A model generated the notes under the pieces. It saw only the letters and a list, made by a program, of their open reading frames with translations. It was not told where the DNA came from and did no database searches. This document shows positions 1 through 8,553 of a stretch of DNA of 64,000 nt, piece after piece. Source of the stretch: a virus (Duplodnaviria; Caudoviricetes). Numbering within the stretch: the first letter of the stretch is position 1; the number at the start of each line of letters is the position of its first letter. The translations under genes were made by a program, and so were the position numbers. Where the stretch lies: positions 9,530 to 73,529 of IMG/VR virus record IMGVR_UViG_3300044695_001846. One strand, given 5' to 3'.

Positions 1-1
1 A

Positions 2-178
2 ACACAGATAAACATTGTTCAGGCAGGAACTGGTCTAATTACTGTAGCAGCAGTAACTCCAGCAACAACAACAGTAAATGCTACTCCTGGTAAAAAACTT
101 AGAGCACAATGGTCTTCAGCAGCAATTGTTAAAACTGCAGCAAATACTTGGTTATTGATGGGAGACCTAACGGTATAA
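2..178 (+). CDS. 3' end of a tail fibre/virion protein (partial, not in ORF track)
   Basis: Open frame from the window start: TQINIVQAGTGLITV...VNATPGKKLRAQWSSAAIVKTAANTWLLMGDLTV*, stop TAA at 176-178; resembles a C-terminal domain common in phage fibre proteins. Confidence 0.7.
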   Translation, partial: TQINIVQAGTGLITVAAVTPATTTVNATPGKKLRAQWSSAAIVKTAANTWLLMGDLTV

Positions 179-185
179 TAATATT

Positions 186-1229
186 ATGAGATTAAGGAAT
201 ATTGGATCAGTTGCAGGATCAACGCTAAAAATATTTAGAGATACCTTTAATAGAGCTAACCAAACTGGTATTGGAACATCCTCTGATGGATCAACATGGA
301 ATATAATTAGAGGTTCTTTTAATATTACTTCCAATAAAGCAGATGGTCAAACTCCAGCAAATTATCCATTAGCTTCAGTTGATATGCCAAAAGAAGAAGT
401 CACCATTAGCTTAAGTGGTGTTACGCAAGGTTCAACTGCAGCACTATGGGTTACAGATAGTGGAAACTGGTTTGGAGTTGGAATTGATCAAGAAACTATA
501 AGCTGTAATTGTCAAACATGTACAACTCCTGGAAACTGTGCTTCAACTAACTATCAGTGCAATTCAGGAGATTATCCATGTACTGTAGCCAACTATGCTT
601 GTAATGTTGCTAACTATGCATGTAATGGTGGAAGCTATTTCTGCGATGTTGTTGGAAATAGATTCTGTAGATCCTATACTACTCCTTGTAACATGATGAG
701 TACGCCATTTAGTCCATGCACTGCTTGGTCTAGAGTATGTAATGGTGGATATAATACTGGAAACTGCAATGGTTCAAACTCTATGTTTACATGCAATGTT
801 TATGCTTGGACATGTAATGCATACGCTTGGACATGTAATACTTGGGCTTTTAACTGTAATTCAGCTTCATATCCATGTGCTTCTTTTAATGCAGCTACTT
901 TTTATACATGCAATTGTCAAACATGCTATCCTCAATATATTAGATTTATACAATCTGTTGCAAACACAATTACACAGTTAACCAGCTGGACAGTTGCAAG
1001 TGTTATTCAATCTTTTAAGGTAATTATATCTTCTATAAATCCAGCAAAAACTTCTGGAACTGCTACAATTAAACCTTATTCAGATACTAATCTTTCTACA
1101 CAAATTGGATCAGATTTAACTTATACCCCAACTGGAGTTGCAATTAATGCAAAATATGGTATAATGATTAAGCCTTCAAGTTATTCTCAAGGAACAACCA
1201 TTGATGAAATAACTATAGAGACCAACTAG
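186..1229 (+). CDS. Putative virion/tail-associated beta-sandwich protein with a 22-Cys insertion
   Basis: 347 aa; N-terminal FRDTFNRAN...WNIIRGSF resembles lectin-like tail domains; central Cys-rich segment bounded by two CNCQTC motifs. Confidence 0.6.
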   Translation: MRLRNIGSVAGSTLKIFRDTFNRANQTGIGTSSDGSTWNIIRGSFNITSNKADGQTPANYPLASVDMPKEEVTISLSGVTQGSTAALWVTDSGNWFGVGIDQETISCNCQTCTTPGNCASTNYQCNSGDYPCTVANYACNVANYACNGGSYFCDVVGNRFCRSYTTPCNMMSTPFSPCTAWSRVCNGGYNTGNCNGSNSMFTCNVYAWTCNAYAWTCNTWAFNCNSASYPCASFNAATFYTCNCQTCYPQYIRFIQSVANTITQLTSWTVASVIQSFKVIISSINPAKTSGTATIKPYSDTNLSTQIGSDLTYTPTGVAINAKYGIMIKPSSYSQGTTIDEITIETN

Positions 1230-1239
1230 GAGAACTTTT

Positions 1240-1500
1240 ATGACAGAACAAAATGATCTACCAGATGTTCCAGATTTAGTTGCACCAAAGCATGATGTGA
1301 CTGCATTTCCTTATGATATTGCCGTAATTATTGATGATACTGTTTTTCAAATAATGAATGTTGATGGTCAACAGGCTGCACAGTTTTTATCCCAGCCAAG
1401 ATTTGTAAGAATTCTTCCTGGAGATCTTGCTAAAATTGGTTGGAAATATATTGACGGAAAATTTTCTTATCCAGGTGAATCTAATATAGAAGGATTCTAG
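1240..1500 (+). CDS. Small protein, possibly tail-fibre assembly related; paralog of 2220..2543
   Basis: RBS AGGAG; IAVIIDD...FLSQP...IGWKYIDGKFS is shared with the 2220 ORF. Confidence 0.5.
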   Translation: MTEQNDLPDVPDLVAPKHDVTAFPYDIAVIIDDTVFQIMNVDGQQAAQFLSQPRFVRILPGDLAKIGWKYIDGKFSYPGESNIEGF

Positions 1501-1512
1501 TAGGGGCGTATT

Positions 1513-2220
1513 TTGAAACTAATACATTTTATATGCTCAGAATCAATGGAAATTGGTAAGCCAGATTTAATTAAAAAATTTATTCCTGAATGGTATAAAA
1601 AAGCGGAAACACATTTTTCTTCAGAAGAAGATTTGGCTATTGAAGAAGGAACTCAAAAAACAAGTGCTGGGCTAAAAACTTGTGTTCCATTTTTAGATGC
1701 AATGATATCTGGGTATGCATTAGTTGTGCCATTTGATATATATGTTGGAAAAACTAAAGATGGAGATCTTGACATGAAGTGGAATGCTCCACAAGGTTGG
1801 GAAAATTTTGTTGAAGAAAGACCAAAAGAGTCTGGATCCACAATGCCAAGACCAGCAGGACATGCACCCAATCATATGGTTTGGTCAGGTAGATGGGGTA
1901 TTAAGGTTCCAAGAGGATACAGCGTTTTGGTGACTCATCCTTTAAATAGACAAGACTTGCCTTTTACAACATCTTCTGCAATAATGGATAGCGATAAGTT
2001 TTTTGGAAATGGAAACATTCCATTCTTTATAAAAGAAGATTTTGTAGGAGTTATAGAAAAAGGAACTCCTTTTGCTCAAATTATTCCAATTAAAAGAAAG
2101 AGATGGAAAATGATTCATAACTCTGCTTTAAAAGATGCTATTCAAAAGCATGGACACGATGTTAGAAAAAAAGAAGGAACTTATAAGAAAAAATATTGGA
2201 CTAGGAAGGAATATTTTTAA
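1513..2220 (+). CDS. dUTPase-fold-like/DUF6065-related protein, copy 1
   Basis: PEWYKK, TCVPFLDAMISGY, HPLNR, IMDSD, GTPFAQIIP; TTG start after GGGG RBS. Confidence 0.55.
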   Translation: MKLIHFICSESMEIGKPDLIKKFIPEWYKKAETHFSSEEDLAIEEGTQKTSAGLKTCVPFLDAMISGYALVVPFDIYVGKTKDGDLDMKWNAPQGWENFVEERPKESGSTMPRPAGHAPNHMVWSGRWGIKVPRGYSVLVTHPLNRQDLPFTTSSAIMDSDKFFGNGNIPFFIKEDFVGVIEKGTPFAQIIPIKRKRWKMIHNSALKDAIQKHGHDVRKKEGTYKKKYWTRKEYF

Positions 2221-2543
2221 TGTCAGGTAGTCACGATCATAGTGAAAATATAAGAGTTTTAACTACTAGGGAAATTGTTAGAGACTTTTTTACTAGAAGA
2301 AGAAAATATCGTAGTAAAATTTCTTTAGATTCAAATGCTATTCCACCAGCCCCACCAGAGTCTAAGATAAATTATTTAGCAATTATTTTAGATGGAGAAG
2401 TTCAGGAAATTATGAGAGCACAAAATAGATTAGCTGCCTTACTCTTAAGTCAGCCACTAATTGTAGAATTTGATCCTGAACAGGTTAAGCCAAATATTGG
2501 ATGGTCTTATAAAGAAGAAGAATTTTCTCAATATGGGGAATAA
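2220..2543 (+). CDS. Small protein, paralog of 1240..1500
   Basis: LAIILDG...LLSQP...IGWSYKEEEFS; start overlaps the upstream stop (TAATG). Confidence 0.5.
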   Translation: MSGSHDHSENIRVLTTREIVRDFFTRRRKYRSKISLDSNAIPPAPPESKINYLAIILDGEVQEIMRAQNRLAALLLSQPLIVEFDPEQVKPNIGWSYKEEEFSQYGE

Positions 2544-3195
2544 GATTATTACATTTACATCTTGTGTTCCAGAAATAGATGTACCCCATCCTTTTCCAGC
2601 TAGTAGGCTTGTTCCAGAATGGTATAGAAAATTGCCAGGTGCTGCAGATAAGATAGAAACAGTTAAGAAATGTGTTCCAGTCTTAGATGCCCTAACCTCT
2701 GGATATATGATTACTTTGCCTGTAGATGTTCACTTTAATGGAGAAGAAAGATCTTTCTGGTATGACTCTCCTTTTGAAATTAATTCTAATCACTACTTAT
2801 CGCAGACACAGGGGGTTGATATTGGAGATGAATTCCATGAACAACCACATAAATGGATTAATCAATGGCTAATTGAAACTCCAAAAGGATATAGCTGTTT
2901 ATTTATTCATCCGTTAAATAGAGCAGATCTTCCCTTTAAATCTTTTACTGGAATTGTTGATACAGACAAGCATCCAATTATAATTAATTTTCCATTTGTT
3001 ATGAAAAAAGATTTTTCTGGAGTTATCCCAGCAGGGACTCCAATAATTCAAATTATCCCATTTAAAAGAGATGATTGGTCTATGAATGTAGTTGATGATA
3101 AACAATTTAAAGAACATCCAGAAGCTCATGAAGTAGAGAATCCACCATTTAACTGGTATAAAAGAAGATGGTGGACCAGAAAGACTTATACATAA
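2533..3195 (+). CDS. dUTPase-fold-like/DUF6065-related protein, copy 2
   Basis: PEWYRK, KCVPVLDALTSGY, HPLNR, GIVDTD, GTPIIQIIP; start probably MGNK rather than 2470, by alignment to copy 1. Confidence 0.55.
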   Translation: MGNKIITFTSCVPEIDVPHPFPASRLVPEWYRKLPGAADKIETVKKCVPVLDALTSGYMITLPVDVHFNGEERSFWYDSPFEINSNHYLSQTQGVDIGDEFHEQPHKWINQWLIETPKGYSCLFIHPLNRADLPFKSFTGIVDTDKHPIIINFPFVMKKDFSGVIPAGTPIIQIIPFKRDDWSMNVVDDKQFKEHPEAHEVENPPFNWYKRRWWTRKTYT

Positions 3196-4160
3196 TGGAA
3201 AGCATTTATATTGCCATCCCTTCAATGGCTGATACTGAAACAAGTGCCACTATAAAAAATGCCATAGAATCTGCAGAATATCCAGATAGAGTTTTTATTG
3301 GAGTTTCTTTTAAAGACTTGAATAAAAAAGAGTATAAGAGAGTGCTTTCTCTAAAAGAAAAGTATCCAAATATTTCTGTAGAGTTTATAAAACTTAAAAA
3401 AAGAAAAGTTTCAGAGTATGGCACTGGAGATGGTAGATTTAGAGCACAGCAAATGTACTCTAATCAAGATTATATGCTTCAGGTAGATTCTCACACCTAT
3501 TTTGATAAAAACTGGGATTCTTATTTAATAAAACTATTTAAAGAATTTAAAAATCAAAGCAACATAGAAAAGTTTGTTTTAACTTCATACATTCCATACT
3601 ATTCATACCAGCCAGAAAGATCTAGACACCCTGGAGAGTTTTCTTTACCAAGATACCCTCATTTAATTGTTGATGATTTTTTCTTAAGGTATTTGCCAAA
3701 ATGGGATGATAATCCAATTCCAGAAAATTCTAAATTAGACAAGTTTGTTCCATGTGTAAAATTTAACGGAGCCTTTGCTTTTGGAGATAAAAACTTTGTC
3801 AACAATACTGGTGTATTCAAAGATGCAATATTTTATGATGAAGAGTTAATTCAAAGCATTAATTTGATTGGAAATGATTTTGCTTTGGTATTTTTGAATA
3901 TAAAAGATTTTCCAATAGCACACCTATACTCTGAAGATATAAATGAATTTGGTGGAGAAAGAACATATTTTGGAGACCTTCTGAGTGCAAGAAAACAAGA
4001 AGAGGTTGCAGACAAAGCAATATCTAACTACTTAAACTTTATAGCAAATCCAGAAAACAAAGAGCTAGTTGCAAAATATGAAAAATATGCTAAAATGGAT
4101 TGTAGACGTGGACCGCTTTTAAGCAACTATATCCCAAAAGATTTTATTGTTAAGGAATGA
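3195..4160 (+). CDS. Polypeptide/hydroxyproline GlcNAc-transferase-like glycosyltransferase (GT60 / Pfam GlcNAc-like)
   Basis: SIYIAIPSMAD...AEYPDRVFIGV...DYMLQVDSHTYFDKNWD matches the IFVSIASYRD...LQIDSH.RF..WD pattern of this family; start likely MESIY, coupled to the upstream stop. Confidence 0.7.
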   Translation: MESIYIAIPSMADTETSATIKNAIESAEYPDRVFIGVSFKDLNKKEYKRVLSLKEKYPNISVEFIKLKKRKVSEYGTGDGRFRAQQMYSNQDYMLQVDSHTYFDKNWDSYLIKLFKEFKNQSNIEKFVLTSYIPYYSYQPERSRHPGEFSLPRYPHLIVDDFFLRYLPKWDDNPIPENSKLDKFVPCVKFNGAFAFGDKNFVNNTGVFKDAIFYDEELIQSINLIGNDFALVFLNIKDFPIAHLYSEDINEFGGERTYFGDLLSARKQEEVADKAISNYLNFIANPENKELVAKYEKYAKMDCRRGPLLSNYIPKDFIVKE

Positions 4161-4161
4161 T

Positions 4162-4473
4162 ATGAACGATTTGCCAGAAGTGCCAGATTTAGTATATCCA
4201 AAACCAACTGAGGATGTTTCAAAAAAAACAAAGAGACCAGTAAGACCTTGGGACATATTTAATAAAAACATTGAAAAAGTAGTTGATAATGTTCAGCAAG
4301 AAAGAATGTCTATATGCCTACAGTGTCCTAGATTAATAAAAGCAACCAGGCAATGCAAAGAGTGTGGATGTTTTATGGACGCAAAAACCAAACTTTTTGA
4401 TGCAGAATGTCCATTAGGAAAATGGAATAACGTAGTGGTCAGTGTAGACCAGTTTGATTATAAAAAGGATTAA
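4162..4473 (+). CDS. Cys-rich small protein (DUF6171-like)
   Basis: ERMSICLQCP...QCKECGCFMDAKTKL...CPLGKW; likely start MNDLPEVPD. Confidence 0.6.
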   Translation: MNDLPEVPDLVYPKPTEDVSKKTKRPVRPWDIFNKNIEKVVDNVQQERMSICLQCPRLIKATRQCKECGCFMDAKTKLFDAECPLGKWNNVVVSVDQFDYKKD

Positions 4474-4476
4474 GAC

Positions 4477-5223
4477 ATGGTTGATGTAAAGCTAATAACT
4501 GGAGATGCAACAAACCTGTCCTTTATTGAAAGTAACTCAATAGATTTAATTATTGCAGCACCCCCATTCATTAATAGAGATTCTACTGGATATGGTGGAG
4601 ATCCAAAGAAACAAATAAACTTTAATTCTAAAAAAATGTTAAAGCTTCTTTTAAAAAGTACAAAAGAAATGGAAAGAGTTTTAAAGCCAACTGGAAGTAT
4701 TTGGATTGAAATTTCTCCAGAAGATGCTTTAATGCATAGATATATCGTTGAGGTTTTGGATAAAACAAATTTAAAGAATCCTAACACAATTGTTCATAAA
4801 GTTTTAGATGATGAAAGTAAGTCTAATATAGATGAGGTAATTTATAAAGATTGGTTTTTATGGTTTCATCTTGTAAAAGATGTTAATAACTTTTATTCTA
4901 ATCCGTTTAAAGTAAAAAAATTTAGAGATCCTGTCTGGTATTTAAACAATACAAATAGAGAAGATTTAGTTGATAAAACATTAAAGCTTACTTATCCTAA
5001 AATTATTAATTATACTGTTGTAAAAGATATTCCAGAAAGGTTTATAGAAATGTACACCAAGGAAAAGGCTGTAGTTCTAGACCCGTTTGGTGGAAGTGGA
5101 ACTGTTGCTGCTGTAGCATATAGTATGAATAGAAATGGAATAAGCGTTGACGTTTCTGAAGAACAAACAGACGTGGCTAGAAAAAGAATAGATTTAGTAA
5201 AGGCTATGGAAAAAGATGTTTAA
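4477..5223 (+). CDS. N4/N6 DNA methyltransferase-like protein (beta-class motif order) with an atypical catalytic motif
   Basis: IDLIIAAPPF (motif IV position), RVLKPTGS, VLDPFGGSGT (SAM-binding motif I). Confidence 0.75.
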   Translation: MVDVKLITGDATNLSFIESNSIDLIIAAPPFINRDSTGYGGDPKKQINFNSKKMLKLLLKSTKEMERVLKPTGSIWIEISPEDALMHRYIVEVLDKTNLKNPNTIVHKVLDDESKSNIDEVIYKDWFLWFHLVKDVNNFYSNPFKVKKFRDPVWYLNNTNREDLVDKTLKLTYPKIINYTVVKDIPERFIEMYTKEKAVVLDPFGGSGTVAAVAYSMNRNGISVDVSEEQTDVARKRIDLVKAMEKDV

Positions 5224-5941
5224 TAAAAAATATATAGAGATAAGTAGAATTTCAGACTCCTCTGTTTTTGAAATAATCCCAAATAAGGTTAAAAGAAAAT
5301 GGATGGATAAAACAGATGGAAATGCTTATCAGTGCGTTCCAATGAATGTTGCAAATTCTTACGGATGGACAGTTCTTTCTCCAGGAAGGTTTTCCGCAAC
5401 TTGGGATGGTGGAGACGCTAAGCATTCTTTAAGAGTTGAACTTGAAAGAGATAGTCCTTTTAGATTTGCAGCTTCAGAATTTGGACACGGAATACTTTCA
5501 ATAGTCCCAGACTTTATAGTAAGAACATCAAAGAATGTTTCATTGTATGTTAGAGGTATTCCAAATCAGATAGCAATAGGTTTACAGCCTTTTGATGGAA
5601 TAGTTGAAACAGACTGGCTTCCTTTTACCTTTACCTTTAACTATAAATTTGTTAAACCTGGTAAGTTAACAATTGAAAAAGATCAGCCTCTATTTACCTT
5701 TTTTCCAATTGAAAGAGGGTACATAGAAAGTTTTGAAACAAGAGAATCTTTTCTATATAAAGATAAAGAGTTCTACGAAGACTATTTAAAGTATTCAGAT
5801 CTTAGAGAATTGCAACAGTCTGGAAAGCCAGTAAAAGATTCTGGAGCATATTTAAAGGGTAGGCTTGAAGACAAAGAGTTTGATATACTTAATCACACTA
5901 AAAAGGTAAGCCTTAAAGGGTTTAAGAAAGAAGAAGAATGA
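5216..5941 (+). CDS. DUF6065-like protein
   Basis: KRKWMD...AYQCVPMNVANSYGW, GIVETDWLPFTFTFN. Confidence 0.65.
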   Translation: MFNKKYIEISRISDSSVFEIIPNKVKRKWMDKTDGNAYQCVPMNVANSYGWTVLSPGRFSATWDGGDAKHSLRVELERDSPFRFAASEFGHGILSIVPDFIVRTSKNVSLYVRGIPNQIAIGLQPFDGIVETDWLPFTFTFNYKFVKPGKLTIEKDQPLFTFFPIERGYIESFETRESFLYKDKEFYEDYLKYSDLRELQQSGKPVKDSGAYLKGRLEDKEFDILNHTKKVSLKGFKKEEE

Positions 5942-6849
5942 TGCCAAGATATCTTATAACAGGTGGTCCAGGTTCGCTAGGAAAAGAAATTTGCAAGAGC
6001 CTTTTGAACCTTTGTGACACTAAAGAGATTATTATGTTTTCTAGAAATGAAACTAAGCAGTTTGAATCTTCTATGTCTATTAATGATGACAGAGTTAAGT
6101 ATGTAGTTGGAGACATAAAAAACTATGACTCTCTATTTACCATAATGAAAGGTGTAGACTATGTTTTTCATGCTGCAGCTTTAAAGCACATAGATTTGGC
6201 AGAAAAATCTCCAGATGAAACTATTAAAATAAATGTTTTAGGAACAAGTAATGTTGTAAATGCAGCAATTCAAAATGGAGTAAAGAAGGTACTACTCGTA
6301 TCAACAGACAAGTCTTGTATTCCAACAAGTATCTATGGAGTCAGTAAACTTTTGTCTGAAAGGAATGTAATACTTTCTAATGGACTTTCTGATACAAAAT
6401 TTTCTGTAGTAAGGTTCGGCAACTTAATTGGAAGCAATGGATCAATTTTTCAAAAATGGAAAATTATAAAAGATAGTGATCAAAGAATTACTGTAACTCA
6501 TAAAGATATGACAAGATTTTTTATTAGAAGTTCTGAAGCTGCTATGTGGTCTGTTAAATTTATTAAGGAAATGGTTGGCGGAGAACTTTTTGTTCCTAAA
6601 ATGAAGAGTGCAAACGTTTATGATATTGCTAAGTCTTTTGTATCTGAGTCTCAAATAGATATAACTGGAACTAGGTCTGGAGAAAAGCTTGATGAGGATA
6701 TCCTGTCTAGCCTGGAACTTGGCACAGTAGAAGATCTTGGAGAATTTTTTATTTTGCACAATGATAATAAGGTTAACAATTTTTCATATAATAGTAAAAA
6801 TAATAAATACTGGTATTCTGGAAAAGAAATAGAAAGTTTTTTTGATTAG
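5938..6849 (+). CDS. UDP-GlcNAc 4,6-dehydratase (PseB/FlaA1/CapD-like, Polysacc_synt_2)
   Basis: LITGGPGSLG, VFHAAALKH, STDK, YGVSK, VRFGN, MTRFFI, GEKLDE. Confidence 0.85.
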   Translation: MMPRYLITGGPGSLGKEICKSLLNLCDTKEIIMFSRNETKQFESSMSINDDRVKYVVGDIKNYDSLFTIMKGVDYVFHAAALKHIDLAEKSPDETIKINVLGTSNVVNAAIQNGVKKVLLVSTDKSCIPTSIYGVSKLLSERNVILSNGLSDTKFSVVRFGNLIGSNGSIFQKWKIIKDSDQRITVTHKDMTRFFIRSSEAAMWSVKFIKEMVGGELFVPKMKSANVYDIAKSFVSESQIDITGTRSGEKLDEDILSSLELGTVEDLGEFFILHNDNKVNNFSYNSKNNKYWYSGKEIESFFD

Positions 6850-6857
6850 GAGGAAGT

Positions 6858-6995
6858 ATGATTAGCAAAAGATTTTCAGTTGTAAGTGCATGTAACTTGT
6901 GCTTAGAAACAATCTCAAAGTTTATTAGCAAGCCAAAAGAGGATAGTAAAAAGAATCCAAACTGCAAGTGCAAACAATGTAAATGCTCTAAATAA
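6858..6995 (+). CDS. 45-aa Cys/Lys-rich microprotein (not in ORF track)
   Basis: Strong RBS AGGAGG; MISKRFSVVSACNLCLETISKFISKPKEDSKKNPNCKCKQCKCSK*; fills the gap between two genes. Confidence 0.6.
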   Translation: MISKRFSVVSACNLCLETISKFISKPKEDSKKNPNCKCKQCKCSK

Positions 6996-7006
6996 AAGGA
7001 ATTTAA

Positions 7007-7417
7007 ATGAACGAAGTAGTTTTAGTAGATATTGATGGTACTGTCGCTAATATGGTAAATAGAAGTCCTTATGAGTACGATAAAGTTGGGTCAGACTTGC
7101 CAAATAAAGATGTTATAAATGTTGTTGAATGTTTGTGGAAGTCTAGCAAAACTATAATTTATATAACTGGTCGTGAAGATTCTTGTTATGAGGAAACTTA
7201 TAAATGGCTAGTTGAAAATTGCCCACCCTTTTCTAATTTGTATATGCGTAAAACTGGAGACTATAGAAAAGATGTAGAAATAAAAAAAGAGATTTATGAC
7301 AATAATATTAAAAACGTGTTTGACGTATTGTGCGTATTAGATGATCGTAAATCAGTGGTTGACATGTGGAGAAGTTTGGGGCTAACCTGCTTGCAAGTTA
7401 ATGACGGAGATTTTTAA
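7007..7417 (+). CDS. HAD-family phosphatase similar to the 3'-phosphatase domain of T4 PNK (PseT)
   Basis: VDIDGT, ITGR, LYMR..GDYRKD...K, LDDR..VVDMWR..G. Confidence 0.85.
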   Translation: MNEVVLVDIDGTVANMVNRSPYEYDKVGSDLPNKDVINVVECLWKSSKTIIYITGREDSCYEETYKWLVENCPPFSNLYMRKTGDYRKDVEIKKEIYDNNIKNVFDVLCVLDDRKSVVDMWRSLGLTCLQVNDGDF

Positions 7418-8127
7418 TGTATAGTGGAAAAAAAATACATCATTTTTATCACATAGGATCTTCGGGACAGTGGCTTCAACCACTTTCTGAACATATCCAT
7501 GCTTTAAAAAGATATGGGCTTTTAGATATACTAGATAGCTTAAATTTTGGAATTATTGGATTGCATGAAAATAGAAAAGCTGTAAAAGAATACTTAAGCA
7601 GTCAGCTTGATAATTTTAACATTGTTGCAGAAGCTGACGAAGGTTGGGAGCAAGTTACCTTAAAGCCTCTTTATGAATTTGCTTTAAAAAATGACGGTTA
7701 TATTTTTTATGCTCATACAAAAGCCTCAAACAATCATAATCTTTATGGGGTAAAGCACAGAAGATCAATGACCTATTTTAACATCGTAAACTGGAAAGAT
7801 TGTGTAGAAAAATTAGATGAAGGTTATACCCTAGCTGGAGTTCATTATTGTCAAATGTATTTATTAAAAGATGCCTATGGAAATGAATTAGACCTTCCAG
7901 GAGAAACTAGATATGAATACACAAAAAAATATGATGGGTTTTACTTAGGCAATTTTTGGTGGGCTACATCTAATGGAATAAAAACTTTAAATCCTTGTAA
8001 AAATGAGTATAGGCAAGATGCTGAGTTTTGGATAGCTCAAATAAAAATAGAAGATAAGGCAGCCTATGACTTTCATCCTATAAATAATCTTGTAGAACAT
8101 GAAGATCAGTTTGTAACTAAATGGTAA
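7417..8127 (+). CDS. Putative glycosyltransferase-like protein
   Basis: WEQVTL, FYAHTKAS, FYLGNFWWA, AEFWI motifs, typical of a family found in viral glycosylation clusters. Confidence 0.45.
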   Translation: MYSGKKIHHFYHIGSSGQWLQPLSEHIHALKRYGLLDILDSLNFGIIGLHENRKAVKEYLSSQLDNFNIVAEADEGWEQVTLKPLYEFALKNDGYIFYAHTKASNNHNLYGVKHRRSMTYFNIVNWKDCVEKLDEGYTLAGVHYCQMYLLKDAYGNELDLPGETRYEYTKKYDGFYLGNFWWATSNGIKTLNPCKNEYRQDAEFWIAQIKIEDKAAYDFHPINNLVEHEDQFVTKW

Positions 8128-8160
8128 AAACTCTACATTCTATACAAAATATACTAAACA

Positions 8161-8169
8161 TGGTATAAT
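8161..8169 (+). promoter_or_regulatory. Extended -10 promoter
   Basis: TGGTATAAT in an intergenic gap, followed by RBS GAAAGGTG and ATG at 8188. Confidence 0.65.
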
Positions 8170-8187
8170 ATTGAAAGGTGATTAACT

Positions 8188-8550
8188 ATGGCATTTCCAG
8201 GTACATATAATTTTAACTATTACAATGGAGACTCTTTTGAGTTCTTTGTTTATCCTAAAACCTCTAATGGTCAAGTTTTTGATAATTTAGGAAATTACTC
8301 TGCAAAATTTACAATTGCTACCGCCAGAGGTTCTGAAGAAGCTATAGTTTTATCATCAACTGCAAGTACACAGATGTTGGCAACAATTGAAGATGATGAC
8401 CACGTTGTTTGTGAAATATTACCTGCAGGTGGAGCAACTTTGCAAAGCTCATCTTATGTTTATGACGTTCAAATACAAAACGCAGGTACTGGAAAAGTTT
8501 ATACTTTATTAACTGGAACAATATCTGTTACTCAGGATATAGCAGGATAA
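8188..8550 (+). CDS. Virion structural protein (BppU N-terminal-like Ig fold)
   Basis: GDSFEF...YVYDVQI...TLLTGTISVT pattern. Confidence 0.55.
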   Translation: MAFPGTYNFNYYNGDSFEFFVYPKTSNGQVFDNLGNYSAKFTIATARGSEEAIVLSSTASTQMLATIEDDDHVVCEILPAGGATLQSSSYVYDVQIQNAGTGKVYTLLTGTISVTQDIAG

Positions 8551-8553
8551 AAA

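Noticed and set aside
500-930. Cys-rich region as a diversity-generating retroelement target or RiPP precursor
   Set aside because: No reverse transcriptase, template repeat or radical-SAM/lanthipeptide enzyme in the window, and the segment is internal to a larger protein.
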